Assembly: GCA_964557155.1 (NCBI GenBank)
Contig: CAZKZC010000001.1
Coordinates: 1-57,443, forward strand
Source of the DNA: an uncultured Candidatus Saccharibacteria bacterium
GTDB taxonomy: Bacteria > Patescibacteriota > Minisyncoccia > Minisyncoccales > GWA2-38-27
Reading direction: 5' to 3'
DNA length: 57,443 nt
The stretch's first letter is position 1, and each line of letters begins with the position of its first letter. The position numbers were made by a program, and so were the translations under genes. Positions 16,472 to 25,208 of the stretch are shown piece by piece. The notes below the pieces were generated by a model, which saw only the letters and a list, made by a program, of their open reading frames with translations, did not search any database and was not told the DNA's origin.

Positions 16472-16544
16472 GCCCCTATAACTCAATTGGTAGAGTAACG
16501 GCCTCTTAAGCCGGTTGTTCCAGGTTCAAGTCCTGGTGGGGGCA
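16472..16544 (+). tRNA. tRNA-Lys (CUU)
   Basis: Acceptor GCCCCTA/TGGGGGC, anticodon loop CTCTTAA, T arm CCAGG-TTCAAGT-CCTGG; 73 nt, no CCA. Confidence 0.9.
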
Positions 16545-16597
16545 CAAATATATCAAAACATTATTTAGAGAATCAGGCTTGTTTTTTTTGGAGAGAT

Positions 16598-16882
16598 ATG
16601 ATATGCTTAAAAAACATGTTAAAGACAGAAGAAAAATTAAAGATAATTAAAGAGCATAAAATAAATGATGCTGATACTGGATCTGACGATGTTCAGATTG
16701 TTTTGCTTTCAGAAGAAATTAAAGAATTACTTTCTCACTTAAGGAAGCATCCTAAAGATCTTCATTCTAAAAAAGGTCTTTTAAAAATGGTTTCCCAAAG
16801 AAGAAAACTTTTAAAACATTTAAAAAAGGAAGACGAAAAAAGATATAATAAGATCGTTAAAGCCGTAGGGCTTAAACGATAG
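16598..16882 (+). CDS. rpsO: 30S ribosomal protein S15
   Basis: DTGSDDVQIVLLSEEI...HLRKHPKDLHSKKGLLKMVSQRRKLLKHLKK. The in-frame ATG at 16616 (MLKTEEK) gives the canonical ~88-aa length. Confidence 0.92.
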   Translation: MICLKNMLKTEEKLKIIKEHKINDADTGSDDVQIVLLSEEIKELLSHLRKHPKDLHSKKGLLKMVSQRRKLLKHLKKEDEKRYNKIVKAVGLKR

Positions 16883-16988
16883 AATCAAGAATTATGAATC
16901 AAGAATCAAGAATCAAGAATCAAGAATCAAGAATCATGAATTCGACGACGTCGTTCATAATTCATTATTCATAATTCATTATTCAAAT
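16883..16988 (+). repeat. Heptamer tandem arrays forming a long imperfect hairpin
   Basis: Nine 7-mers of AATCAAG type (16883-16945), a central palindrome cgacg-a-cgtcg, then five TTCATAA/TTCATTA 7-mers (16954-16988) that are partly complementary to the left arm. Confidence 0.85.
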
Positions 16989-16990
16989 TT

Positions 16991-17494
16991 ATGGTTATAA
17001 AACATATTGGACAACGCGTAGGAGTATTAATAGATGTTCAAAACCTATATCACTCAGCCAAAAATTTATATAACGCCAGAGTTAATTTCAAAGAGATTTT
17101 AAAAACATCAATAGACGAGAGAAGTTTAATCAGGGTTTTTGCTTATGTTATAAGCACAAAAACGGGAGAAGAAAAACCCTTTTTTGAAGCTCTAACAAGA
17201 CTAGGTATTGAAACAAGAGTTAAGGAATTACAGGAGTTTTATGGAGGAGCAAAGAAAGCTGATTGGGATGTTGGATTAGTTATAGATGCTATTAGAATCG
17301 CTCCTAGCGTTGATACATTGGTAATAGTTTCCGGAGACGGAGATTTTATTTCTTTAGTAGAATATTTAAAAAATCAAGGGAAAAGAGTAGAAGTAGTTGC
17401 TTTCGGAAAATCAGCCTCTTCTAAGTTAAGAGAAATAGCCGACGAGTTTATTGACTTGGGTTCAACTCCCAAAAAATATTTATTAAAAAAATGA
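16991..17494 (+). CDS. NYN-domain (LabA/DUF88-like) putative RNase
   Basis: VGVLIDVQNLYHSAK ... VIVSGDGDFISLVEYLKNQGKRVEVVAFG. Its stop overlaps the pnp start (ATGA). Confidence 0.75.
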   Translation: MVIKHIGQRVGVLIDVQNLYHSAKNLYNARVNFKEILKTSIDERSLIRVFAYVISTKTGEEKPFFEALTRLGIETRVKELQEFYGGAKKADWDVGLVIDAIRIAPSVDTLVIVSGDGDFISLVEYLKNQGKRVEVVAFGKSASSKLREIADEFIDLGSTPKKYLLKK

Positions 17495-19581
17495 GTAAAG
17501 AAAAATTTAATTTAAAACTAGACGGAAAAGATATTGAAATTGAAACTAATAGCTTAGCCGAACAAGCCAACGGAAGTGCTTTGGTTCGTTGCGGAGACAC
17601 AATGGTTTTAGCAACAGCTGTAATGGATAGACAAGATCGAGAAGATCGTGGGTTTTTTCCTTTGACAGTGGAATATCAAGAAAGATATTATGCTGCTGGA
17701 AAAATTGGTGGTGGGCGCTTCATGAAAAGAGAGGCCAGGCCTTCTGATGAAGCAACTTTAAACGCTAGGATAATAGATAGGTCTATTAGACCAAGATTTC
17801 CTAAAGAGTTGACTAAAGAGATTCAGGTAATTATAACCGTTTTATCTTGGGACGGGGAAAACGATCCAGATGTTTTGAGCTTAATAGCTGCCTCTACTGC
17901 CCTATCAATTTCTAACATACCATGGAATGGTCCTTTGGGGGCCATTAGAGTTTGTCGTAAAGACAACCAGCTTATTCTAAATCCTAGCTATGAAGAACGC
18001 AAAGAAAATGATATAGATATAATGTTTGTCGGACTTTATGAAAAAAAAGAGCTTGTTATTAATATGATCGAGGGTGGTTGTAAAGAGGTGGACGAAAAAT
18101 CAATAATGGATGCTTACGATTTCGGCGAAAAACATATTAAAAAACTGCTTGATTTTCAAAAAGAAATCCAAGATAAAATCGGAGAAGAAAAATATGTTTT
18201 AGAGCCAGCTAAAAAAGACATTGAATTAGAAAAAGAAATAAATGATTTTTTGGGAGACAAATACGAAAAAGCATTCTTTCAAAAAGATAAAGCAAAAAAA
18301 TCAAAAGATATTGAGAGTTTAACAAAAGAACTTGGTTCTTTTCTTGACGAAAAATATCTCGAAGATGATAAAAAGAAATATGCTTTCAACTTTTTAGACA
18401 AAGAAGGAGATAGATTGGTTCATGAAGGAGTGTTAAAAGAAAACAAAAGAGTTGATGGGAGAAGGTTAGACGAAGTTAGAAAGATTACTGCCGATGTGTC
18501 TATTCTTCCAAGAACTCACGGAACAGGATTATTCTCAAGAGGTTTAACTAAATCATTATCAATACTAACTTTAGGATCTCCTGGAGATCAACAGTTAATT
18601 GACGGAATGGAAATAAACGGAGATAAAAGGTTTATGCATCATTACAACTTCCCTCCTTATTCTGTTGGAGAAACTGGTTTTATGAGGGGTCCTGGAAGAA
18701 GAGAAATCGGTCACGGATTGTTAGCCGAAAAAGCATTGACGCCACTTATTCCTAGTTCAGAAGAATATCCTTATACTATTAGAATTGTATCTGAAATTCT
18801 TTCTTCAAACGGTTCTAGTTCTATGGCATCTACTTCTAGTTCTGCTTTAGCTTTGATGGATGCCGGAGTTCCAATTAAAAGATTAGTAACGGGAGTGGCT
18901 ATGGGGTTAATCAAAAATGATAAGGAGTATAAGATACTAACTGATATTCAGGGACCAGAAGATCATCACGGTGATATGGATTTTAAAGTAGCTGGAACGC
19001 GTGAAGGAATTACAGCTATTCAAATGGATGTAAAAATAGAAGGAATAACCAGAGCCATTATGGAAAAAACATTAAAGATGGCTGAAAAGGCACGTTATTC
19101 AATATTAGATGTTATGGAAAAAACCATTTCTAAGCCAGCTGAACCTTCTAAGTATGCACCTCGCATTATAACTATTACAATAAATCCAAGCAAAATTGGT
19201 GAAATAATAGGTCCTGGTGGAAAAGTTATTAACAAGATTATTGATGAGACAGGAGCTCAAATAGATATTGAGGATTCAGGTCAAGTTTTTGTTACTTCTG
19301 ATAATAAAGAATCAGCTGAGAAAGCCGTTAATTGGATTAAGAGTATTGTTGAAGAAGCTGAAATAGGAAAAATATATGAAGGAGAAGTAAAAAAAATTAT
19401 GGAGTTTGGTGCTTTTGTTGAAGTTCTTCCCGGTAAAGATGGTCTAATTCATATTTCTAAATTATCTGATAAAAGAGTAGAAAAAGTTGAAGACATCGTT
19501 AAGGAAGGAGAGATTGTCTCAGTCAAAGTTCTCTCCATAGACGCCCAAGGAAAAATAAGCCTTCAACTTGTTAAAAAATAA
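17491..19581 (+). CDS. pnp: Polyribonucleotide nucleotidyltransferase (PNPase)
   Basis: Two RNase PH domains, KH (IGEIIGPGGKVINKI) and S1 (GEVKKIMEFGAFVEVLPGKDGLIHISKL); 696 aa. Confidence 0.95.
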   Translation: MSKEKFNLKLDGKDIEIETNSLAEQANGSALVRCGDTMVLATAVMDRQDREDRGFFPLTVEYQERYYAAGKIGGGRFMKREARPSDEATLNARIIDRSIRPRFPKELTKEIQVIITVLSWDGENDPDVLSLIAASTALSISNIPWNGPLGAIRVCRKDNQLILNPSYEERKENDIDIMFVGLYEKKELVINMIEGGCKEVDEKSIMDAYDFGEKHIKKLLDFQKEIQDKIGEEKYVLEPAKKDIELEKEINDFLGDKYEKAFFQKDKAKKSKDIESLTKELGSFLDEKYLEDDKKKYAFNFLDKEGDRLVHEGVLKENKRVDGRRLDEVRKITADVSILPRTHGTGLFSRGLTKSLSILTLGSPGDQQLIDGMEINGDKRFMHHYNFPPYSVGETGFMRGPGRREIGHGLLAEKALTPLIPSSEEYPYTIRIVSEILSSNGSSSMASTSSSALALMDAGVPIKRLVTGVAMGLIKNDKEYKILTDIQGPEDHHGDMDFKVAGTREGITAIQMDVKIEGITRAIMEKTLKMAEKARYSILDVMEKTISKPAEPSKYAPRIITITINPSKIGEIIGPGGKVINKIIDETGAQIDIEDSGQVFVTSDNKESAEKAVNWIKSIVEEAEIGKIYEGEVKKIMEFGAFVEVLPGKDGLIHISKLSDKRVEKVEDIVKEGEIVSVKVLSIDAQGKISLQLVKK

Positions 19582-19592
19582 AATCGCAAAAA

Positions 19593-19622
19593 CTGCCCGA
19601 GGCCCGTCCTCGGGCAGTTTTT
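19593..19622 (+). terminator. Intrinsic terminator after pnp
   Basis: ctgcccgagg-cccgt-cctcgggcag followed by a T run. Confidence 0.8.
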
Positions 19623-19666
19623 GATTCTCCTTGATTTTACGCTCAATTGATTTATTTTTTGAAACC

Positions 19667-20410
19667 ATGAAAGACTATAAAATTTTAGCGTTAGATGAAA
19701 CAGGCAAAGCTAGCTTTGATCATCCGTCTAAGAACTTTGTTTTATCGGGTTTTATTTTACCAGAAAAGTTAAAACCGAAACTGGATAAATCAATTCGTAA
19801 ATTAAAGAAAAAATATTTTGCTGACGAGGAAATAGTATTTCATTGTAGAGATATGTTACGGAAGAAAGGTTCTTTTGCGATCTTGCGTACAGATTCAGCC
19901 AAAGAATTAAAATTCTGGTCGGAATTTATTTCCATTCTGAACGCAAAATTTTTATCATTAGCTTTTGTTATTGCTGATAAAAATAAAGCTAAAAAAATAG
20001 GATGGAATGATATCGCTATATTAAGACGATCTTATAGTAAAATGTTAGAAGAGTTTACAAAAAAACACTTAATTAAAAATAATGGGAAAATTGTAGCAGA
20101 ATCAGATCCTTATCAAGATAGGTACTTAATAGAAGCACATAATAGATTGCAATCAATAGGTGTACCATCGGAAGGCATTACGGGTTCGGACTATAGAAAT
20201 AAAATTACATCTTTAAGCTTGGTGAATAAATTAAATTTAGATGTAGATGTTCAAATGGCAGATAGTTTAGCGATAATGGCAGATATGGTTTATGGAATGA
20301 AAATTGGCATAAAGAAAAAACCTACGAGAGTACAAGTCATAATGAAGAGACTCATAAATAGAAAAATGACTGACAAAGATAATCCAGGAATTTTTGAAAT
20401 ACTCGTTTAA
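19667..20410 (+). CDS. DUF3800-like protein
   Basis: The start MKDYKILALDETG and the C-terminal DVQMADSLA resemble the DUF3800 DESG...ADxxA pattern. The listed ORF starts earlier, at 19631. Confidence 0.6.
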   Translation: MKDYKILALDETGKASFDHPSKNFVLSGFILPEKLKPKLDKSIRKLKKKYFADEEIVFHCRDMLRKKGSFAILRTDSAKELKFWSEFISILNAKFLSLAFVIADKNKAKKIGWNDIAILRRSYSKMLEEFTKKHLIKNNGKIVAESDPYQDRYLIEAHNRLQSIGVPSEGITGSDYRNKITSLSLVNKLNLDVDVQMADSLAIMADMVYGMKIGIKKKPTRVQVIMKRLINRKMTDKDNPGIFEILV

Positions 20411-20512
20411 ATCTAAACAAAAAAGCCGACCATGGCTAACCGCACATATATCGACTCTTCATATTTCTATTATAGCCGTTTTCAACAAAGGATGTCAACC
20501 CTCCCCAATGCT

Positions 20513-20596
20513 GTTAAGGAAGGAGAGATTGTTTCAGTAAAAGTTCTCTCTATAGATGCCCAAGGAAAAATAAGCCTTCAACTTGTTAAAAAATAA
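20513..20596 (+). pseudogene. Displaced duplicate of the pnp 3' coding end
   Basis: 86-nt repeat including the stop. Its 4 differences from 19498-19583 are all third-position synonymous (gtc/gtt, gtc/gta, tcc/tct, gac/gat). It encodes ...VKEGEIVSVKVLSIDAQGKISLQLVKK. Confidence 0.85.
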
Positions 20597-20626
20597 AAAC
20601 TTGACAAAAACCTAATAATATTTCAG

Positions 20627-20650
20627 AACTCGCCCTGGGCGAGTTTTGTT
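20627..20650 (+). terminator. Intrinsic terminator after the pnp remnant
   Basis: aactcgcc-ctg-ggcgagtt followed by a T run. Confidence 0.7.
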
Positions 20651-20847
20651 TTATGTTCGTCGTCGGAGGTCCGTACCTCGGATAGCAATCCGAGCTCGGA
20701 CATCTACGCAACTCTTCCGTCGTTTCTCAAGGAGCAATTTTAGTGTTTTAGATGATTTAATAGTAATAGGAGGCTAACCTACAATGGTTCTGGATGTTCT
20801 AGAATAAGTACATAAGTTGTACATATTATGAAACATGAATAAACATT

Positions 20848-20873
20848 AAATGTGCGAAGCAAATGTGCAAAGC
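20848..20873. repeat. Tandem 13-mers AAATGTGCGAAGC / AAATGTGCAAAGC
   Basis: Two adjacent copies about 100 nt upstream of ORF 20975, followed by a duplicated TGTTATAAT. Confidence 0.7.
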
Positions 20874-20974
20874 TAAGCTTTGAACATTTTATTTTTTTAT
20901 TTGCTATTTATTTTATTTTTTTTATTATGTTATAATGTTATAATAGATTAAATCAACTTTTAATTTTTAAATTT

Positions 20975-23173
20975 ATGGATCAAGAAATAGACAATAGTAT
21001 TCGTACTATGAAAAAAGACATTCAACGTCTTCAAGGGAAAGACGGTGTTACGACACCTTCTCCAGAGCAAGAAGAAAGAGAAAAAAAGGATAGGCAAAGA
21101 TTGGAAATAGAAGAAAAAATTAAAGAGAGAGAAGAAAGAAAAATCAAACAAGAAGAAGAGCAATTGCTGAGAGATAGAAAAGCAAAAAGATTGAGAGAGG
21201 TTATAATGGAAAAAGAAAGAGAGCTGGAAAAAGAACGAAACGCAGAAGAAAAAATAAAAAAAGAAATACAGGAAGAATTAAAAGTGTCTGGGGTGAAGAA
21301 AAAACCAGAAGATGGTCTTGACTCTAGGGTTGGCGGAGTATTGTCTAGATTCAGGCCTAGAGCAGAGCAAAAGATTGAGCCGATACCTGTGCCAAGACCT
21401 ATTCCAATACCAAGACCAGTGCCAATACCAAAACCCGAGCCAGTTCCTGTTAAAGAATTAACAAAAGAGGAATTTCTCTTAAAAGAAAAAGAAGAAATCG
21501 AGAAAGAAAAAATAGTGGTAGGAAAAGAGCTTAGAGAATTTCTAGGTACAGAATATCCACTAGAAGCTAAAAGGAATCAAATCCTTGCTGAATTAGAGCG
21601 AGTCAAAAAGGGTTTTCTTTCTATTGCCGACAAGGAGAAAAAGATTGAAAATATACAACAAGATCTTGAACGGAAAGAAATGAGTGCTAGTGTAGCCAAA
21701 GAAAGAAAGAAAATAGAAAAAGAAAGATGGAGCATAGAAGAAAAAAGAAGAGAGCTTGAAAAGCAGAGATGGCCATGGGATGAAAAAATTAAAACATTAG
21801 ATGTTGAATTACAGGAAATTGAAAATCAATTGATTGGTTTAAATTCTAAGAGATTAATGTTAGAAAGCAAACAGGGAGAAATTGTTAAAAAGGAGAACGA
21901 AATTGAACTGAAATTAGAAAAAATAGAACTAGAAGTAAGATTGGAGGATATAGCGGATCTTAAATATTCTCTTGAAAATGGAGCTGTTGAGATAGAAAAA
22001 GAAAAAGAGGAAATTAGCAATCAGTTAAAAATCGTCATGGGGAAGGAGAATGAGATAGAAAAAGAAAAAGAGCGGATTGAACAAGAAGAAGCATCGGTTC
22101 AAGACCTAAACAAGAAAAGGGAGCTAGAAAAAGAAAGATGGAATATAGAAGAAAAAAGAAGAGATATTGAAAAAAAGAGATGGGTTTTGGATGAAAGAAT
22201 CGACGAAGCAAAGAATAAATTAGAAAAAATAGAAAGTAGATTCGAAGATCTTCTTAAAAAAGAAGAAGGTACGGTTATCAAATTAGATGAGATAAATAGA
22301 AAGCTGATAGGAGAACCGATTAAACCGATTAAACGGATTATTGTGGAAAAACCTATAGAGAGGTCTGTGGAGAAAATAGAGCCGGTTGGGAAAGCACCTG
22401 TTAAATCGGTAGAACTTGTTGAAGAACCCGAAGAATTAATTTCATCTTCATTCCCTGCAGACAGAGAATTGAGTTTAAAAAGAGCTAGAGAGCGCATAGA
22501 AGCACTCAAAAGAGCTGAAGTCGCAGCGGGTGAGGATGGGAAAGAAGTGGAAAAGAAAAAAGAAGAAGAAACGAGAACCCCAACAGATGAAAAAAGGGAT
22601 ATAGAAATAAAAGTGAAAGAAAAAGAAATCGAACAAAAAGAAATCAGAATTGATTTGGAGGAAAAAGAAAAAAGAAGAAAAGAACTATTAGGAAGATTAC
22701 AGTCGCCCTTAGCTGTTCAGCAAAGAAGGTCTATCCCTATAAAACCAGCTGAGTTCGTTAAGTCGCTTCCTAAAAAACCAACTGGGAAACAAAAAATATG
22801 GCTTAGGATAATAATTGTTGTTTTTGTAATAATTTTACTTACAGCAATTCTTACATTTTGGTATTGGTATCTTAAGGTGAGAAATCAAACTATTATAGAG
22901 TCAGAGCAACCGGCAGTAGAAGAAGAAAAAATTATTGAGGAAGAAGTCGTAGAAGAAGCTTCCAAAGAAATAATTATGGTCATTGTCTCGACAGGTTGGT
23001 TGGAAGCAAGAGAAGAACCAGATGTTGAATCTCCAGCGTTAAGAAGGATATTTAAAGATGAGAGCTATCAATTTTTAGAAGAGTTAAACGGATGGTATAA
23101 GATACAATTGGAGGAAAATTTAGAGGGTTGGGTACCAGCCGATTATGTTAATAAAATAATTAACGAAATATGA
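20975..23173 (+). CDS. 732-aa Glu/Lys-rich coiled-coil protein with one late TM helix and a C-terminal SH3b-like domain
   Basis: Pro-rich PIPVPRPIPIPRPVPIPKPEPVP. Internal repeats ERWxIEEKRRxxEKxRWxxDExI occur twice. TM helix IWLRIIIVVFVIILLTAILTFWYWYL. C-terminal GWLEAREEP...NGWYKIQLEENLEGWVPADYV. Confidence 0.75.
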   Translation: MDQEIDNSIRTMKKDIQRLQGKDGVTTPSPEQEEREKKDRQRLEIEEKIKEREERKIKQEEEQLLRDRKAKRLREVIMEKERELEKERNAEEKIKKEIQEELKVSGVKKKPEDGLDSRVGGVLSRFRPRAEQKIEPIPVPRPIPIPRPVPIPKPEPVPVKELTKEEFLLKEKEEIEKEKIVVGKELREFLGTEYPLEAKRNQILAELERVKKGFLSIADKEKKIENIQQDLERKEMSASVAKERKKIEKERWSIEEKRRELEKQRWPWDEKIKTLDVELQEIENQLIGLNSKRLMLESKQGEIVKKENEIELKLEKIELEVRLEDIADLKYSLENGAVEIEKEKEEISNQLKIVMGKENEIEKEKERIEQEEASVQDLNKKRELEKERWNIEEKRRDIEKKRWVLDERIDEAKNKLEKIESRFEDLLKKEEGTVIKLDEINRKLIGEPIKPIKRIIVEKPIERSVEKIEPVGKAPVKSVELVEEPEELISSSFPADRELSLKRARERIEALKRAEVAAGEDGKEVEKKKEEETRTPTDEKRDIEIKVKEKEIEQKEIRIDLEEKEKRRKELLGRLQSPLAVQQRRSIPIKPAEFVKSLPKKPTGKQKIWLRIIIVVFVIILLTAILTFWYWYLKVRNQTIIESEQPAVEEEKIIEEEVVEEASKEIIMVIVSTGWLEAREEPDVESPALRRIFKDESYQFLEELNGWYKIQLEENLEGWVPADYVNKIINEI

Positions 23174-23532
23174 ACAAAAAACTACAGCAAGAATTAAAGG
23201 AAAAATTAGAAAAACAGAAGGTCTCTCTAGAAGTGGAACTTGGAAAATTTGCCAGAAAAGATAAAAAGCTTGATGGAGATTGGGATACTAAATTTCCCGA
23301 AGCAAATGGATCTTCGGGAAGCTCGGCTTTAGAGGATGCTGCCGATCAAGTAACAGAGTATGCCAATTTATTACCGGTAGAACATAATATGGAACTTCGG
23401 CTTCAAGATATAAACAAAGCATTGACTAAGATTAAAAAAGATAAATATGGTAAGTGTGAAAAATGCAATAAAGCTATTCCTGAAGAGCGTTTAAAGATAT
23501 ATCCTGAAGCCACAACTTGTAGTAAGTGTTAA
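23170..23532 (+). CDS. DksA/TraR-family C4 zinc-finger protein
   Basis: C-terminal CEKCNKAIPEERLKIYPEATTCSKC after a coiled region; 120 aa. Confidence 0.75.
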   Translation: MNKKLQQELKEKLEKQKVSLEVELGKFARKDKKLDGDWDTKFPEANGSSGSSALEDAADQVTEYANLLPVEHNMELRLQDINKALTKIKKDKYGKCEKCNKAIPEERLKIYPEATTCSKC

Positions 23533-23569
23533 AAAAGAAGGCAATGATCGCATCATTGCCTTTTTTGAA

Positions 23570-23643
23570 TGGAGCCAGTGGGATTTGAACCCACGACCTC
23601 TCCGAAGCCATCGGAGCACTCTACCAGCCTGAGCTATGGCCCC
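23570..23643 (-). tRNA. tRNA-Ala (GGC)
   Basis: Reverse complement GGGGCCA...TGGCTCCA with G3-U70, anticodon loop ATGGCTT, T arm GTGGG-TTCAAAT-CCCAC. Confidence 0.88.
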
Positions 23644-23650
23644 TTTTTTG

Positions 23651-23724
23651 AGCGCCTGGCAGGACTCGAACCTGCAACCTTTAGGGCCGAAACCTAACAC
23701 TCTATCCAATTGAGCTACAGGCGC
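23651..23724 (-). tRNA. tRNA-Arg (UCG)
   Basis: Reverse complement GCGCCTG...CAGGCGC, anticodon arm TTAGG-TTTCGGC-CCTAA, T arm GCAGG-TTCGAGT-CCTGC. Confidence 0.88.
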
Positions 23725-23777
23725 ATTTCATTATGATTTTACCAGAAAAATTGAAATAAATCAACTTTTAAGATAAG

Positions 23778-25208
23778 ATGAAGATAATGGATATACCCAA
23801 AAAAATAGAAGGTATTTTAAAGAAGCTGGAGAAAAATGGATATAAGGCCTATCTTGTAGGAGGCTGTGTTCGGGATTTATTAATGGACATTGAACCGAAG
23901 GATTGGGATATAACAACAGATGCTTCTCCAGAAGAGATTCAAAAGATTTTCCCCGATAATTTTATGAACAATAAATTTGGCACAGTAACTGTTCTGGGCA
24001 GTGTTGAAATTACTCCTTTTAGAATAGAGACCAAATATACAGACAAGAGACATCCAGACAAAGTTGAATGGGCCAAGACCATTGAAGAAGATCTTTCCAG
24101 ACGCGATTTCACTATAAACTCAATCGCACTGGAATTTCCCAAAATTGTTGATCTTTACAAGGGACAAGAAGATTTAAAGAAAAGAATTGTTAGGGCGGTT
24201 GGTAAGGCCGAAGATAGGTTTGCCGAAGATGCTTTGAGAATGATGAGGGCAGTTAGATTTGCCAGTGTTTTAGATTTTACAATAGATAAAAAAACAGCCG
24301 ATGCTATAAAGAAGAATGCACCATGGATGAAAGCTATTTCTAAAGAAAGAATAAGAGATGAATTGTTAAAAATCATTATGTCAGACAATGCTTCTGATGG
24401 CATAGAAATGTTAAGAGAGCTTGGCTTGCTGAAATATATTATTCCCGAGCTAGAAGATGGCTATAGGGTGGCCCAGTCAAAGCACCACACATATGATGTT
24501 TATAAGCACTCAATTCTTTCTCTAAAATATGCCGCTCAAAAGAAGTTTAGCAAAGATGTCAGAATAGCCTCTTTGCTTCACGATATTGGTAAGCCAAAAT
24601 CTAAAAGAGGGTCTGGTGAAAATGCTACCTTCTATGGACATGAAGTTGTTGGAGCCAAGATGGTCAGGCAGATATTAAATCATTTGAGGTTCTCTAAAAA
24701 AGAGATAGAAAAAATTACTAAATTGATTAGATATCATTTGTTTTATTATAATGTTGATGAAGTTACCGAGGCATCGGTTAGAAAGTTAGTTCGTAAGGTG
24801 GGTCCAGAAAGCATAGAAGAATTGTTGCAAGTAAGAATGGCTGATAGAATTGGCTCAGGCGTTCCTAAAGCAGAACCATACAAGCTTCGCCATATGAAAT
24901 ATATTATTGAGAAAGCAGCCAAAGATCCTATTTCGGTAAAGATGTTAAAAGTAGATGGTGGAGATATAATGAAGATATTAAAGATTAAACCAAGCGTTAA
25001 GATTGGGCGGGTTTTAGATGTGTTATTGGGCTATGTTTTAGTTGACCCCAAGAATAATAAAAAAGCATATTTAGAAAGAGAAATTAAAAAACTAGGCAAG
25101 CTTTCGGATAAAGAGCTTGACTTCTTGTCTAAAAGTTCGCGTAAAGAACGAGAAGAGGTTATAATGAAAGAAGATAAAATGACTAAACAAAAGTACTGGG
25201 TTACTTGA
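23778..25208 (+). CDS. cca: CCA-adding tRNA nucleotidyltransferase with HD domain
   Basis: LVGGCVRDLLM, DWDITT, RRDFTIN and HD motif LLHDIGKP; 476 aa. Most tRNAs in this window lack an encoded CCA. Confidence 0.88.
   Translation: MKIMDIPKKIEGILKKLEKNGYKAYLVGGCVRDLLMDIEPKDWDITTDASPEEIQKIFPDNFMNNKFGTVTVLGSVEITPFRIETKYTDKRHPDKVEWAKTIEEDLSRRDFTINSIALEFPKIVDLYKGQEDLKKRIVRAVGKAEDRFAEDALRMMRAVRFASVLDFTIDKKTADAIKKNAPWMKAISKERIRDELLKIIMSDNASDGIEMLRELGLLKYIIPELEDGYRVAQSKHHTYDVYKHSILSLKYAAQKKFSKDVRIASLLHDIGKPKSKRGSGENATFYGHEVVGAKMVRQILNHLRFSKKEIEKITKLIRYHLFYYNVDEVTEASVRKLVRKVGPESIEELLQVRMADRIGSGVPKAEPYKLRHMKYIIEKAAKDPISVKMLKVDGGDIMKILKIKPSVKIGRVLDVLLGYVLVDPKNNKKAYLEREIKKLGKLSDKELDFLSKSSRKEREEVIMKEDKMTKQKYWVT

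Larger units (their letters stand above)
19584..20512. mobile_element. 929-bp insert bounded by the pnp 3' duplication; carries only a DUF3800-like gene, no recombinase
   Basis: Direct repeats 19498-19583 and 20513-20598 with a 1015-bp period. Confidence 0.4.

Noticed and set aside
16883-16988. Possible CRISPR array, given the regular short repeats here and at 56510-56569
   Set aside because: The units are contiguous 7-mers or 15-mers with no unique spacers, and no cas genes are present. These are tandem repeats, not CRISPR.
22099-22509. 136-aa minus-strand ORF
   Set aside because: It is antisense to the Glu/Lys-rich coiled-coil gene. The Ser/Phe/Leu-rich translation is the expected mirror of GAA/AAA-rich coding sequence.
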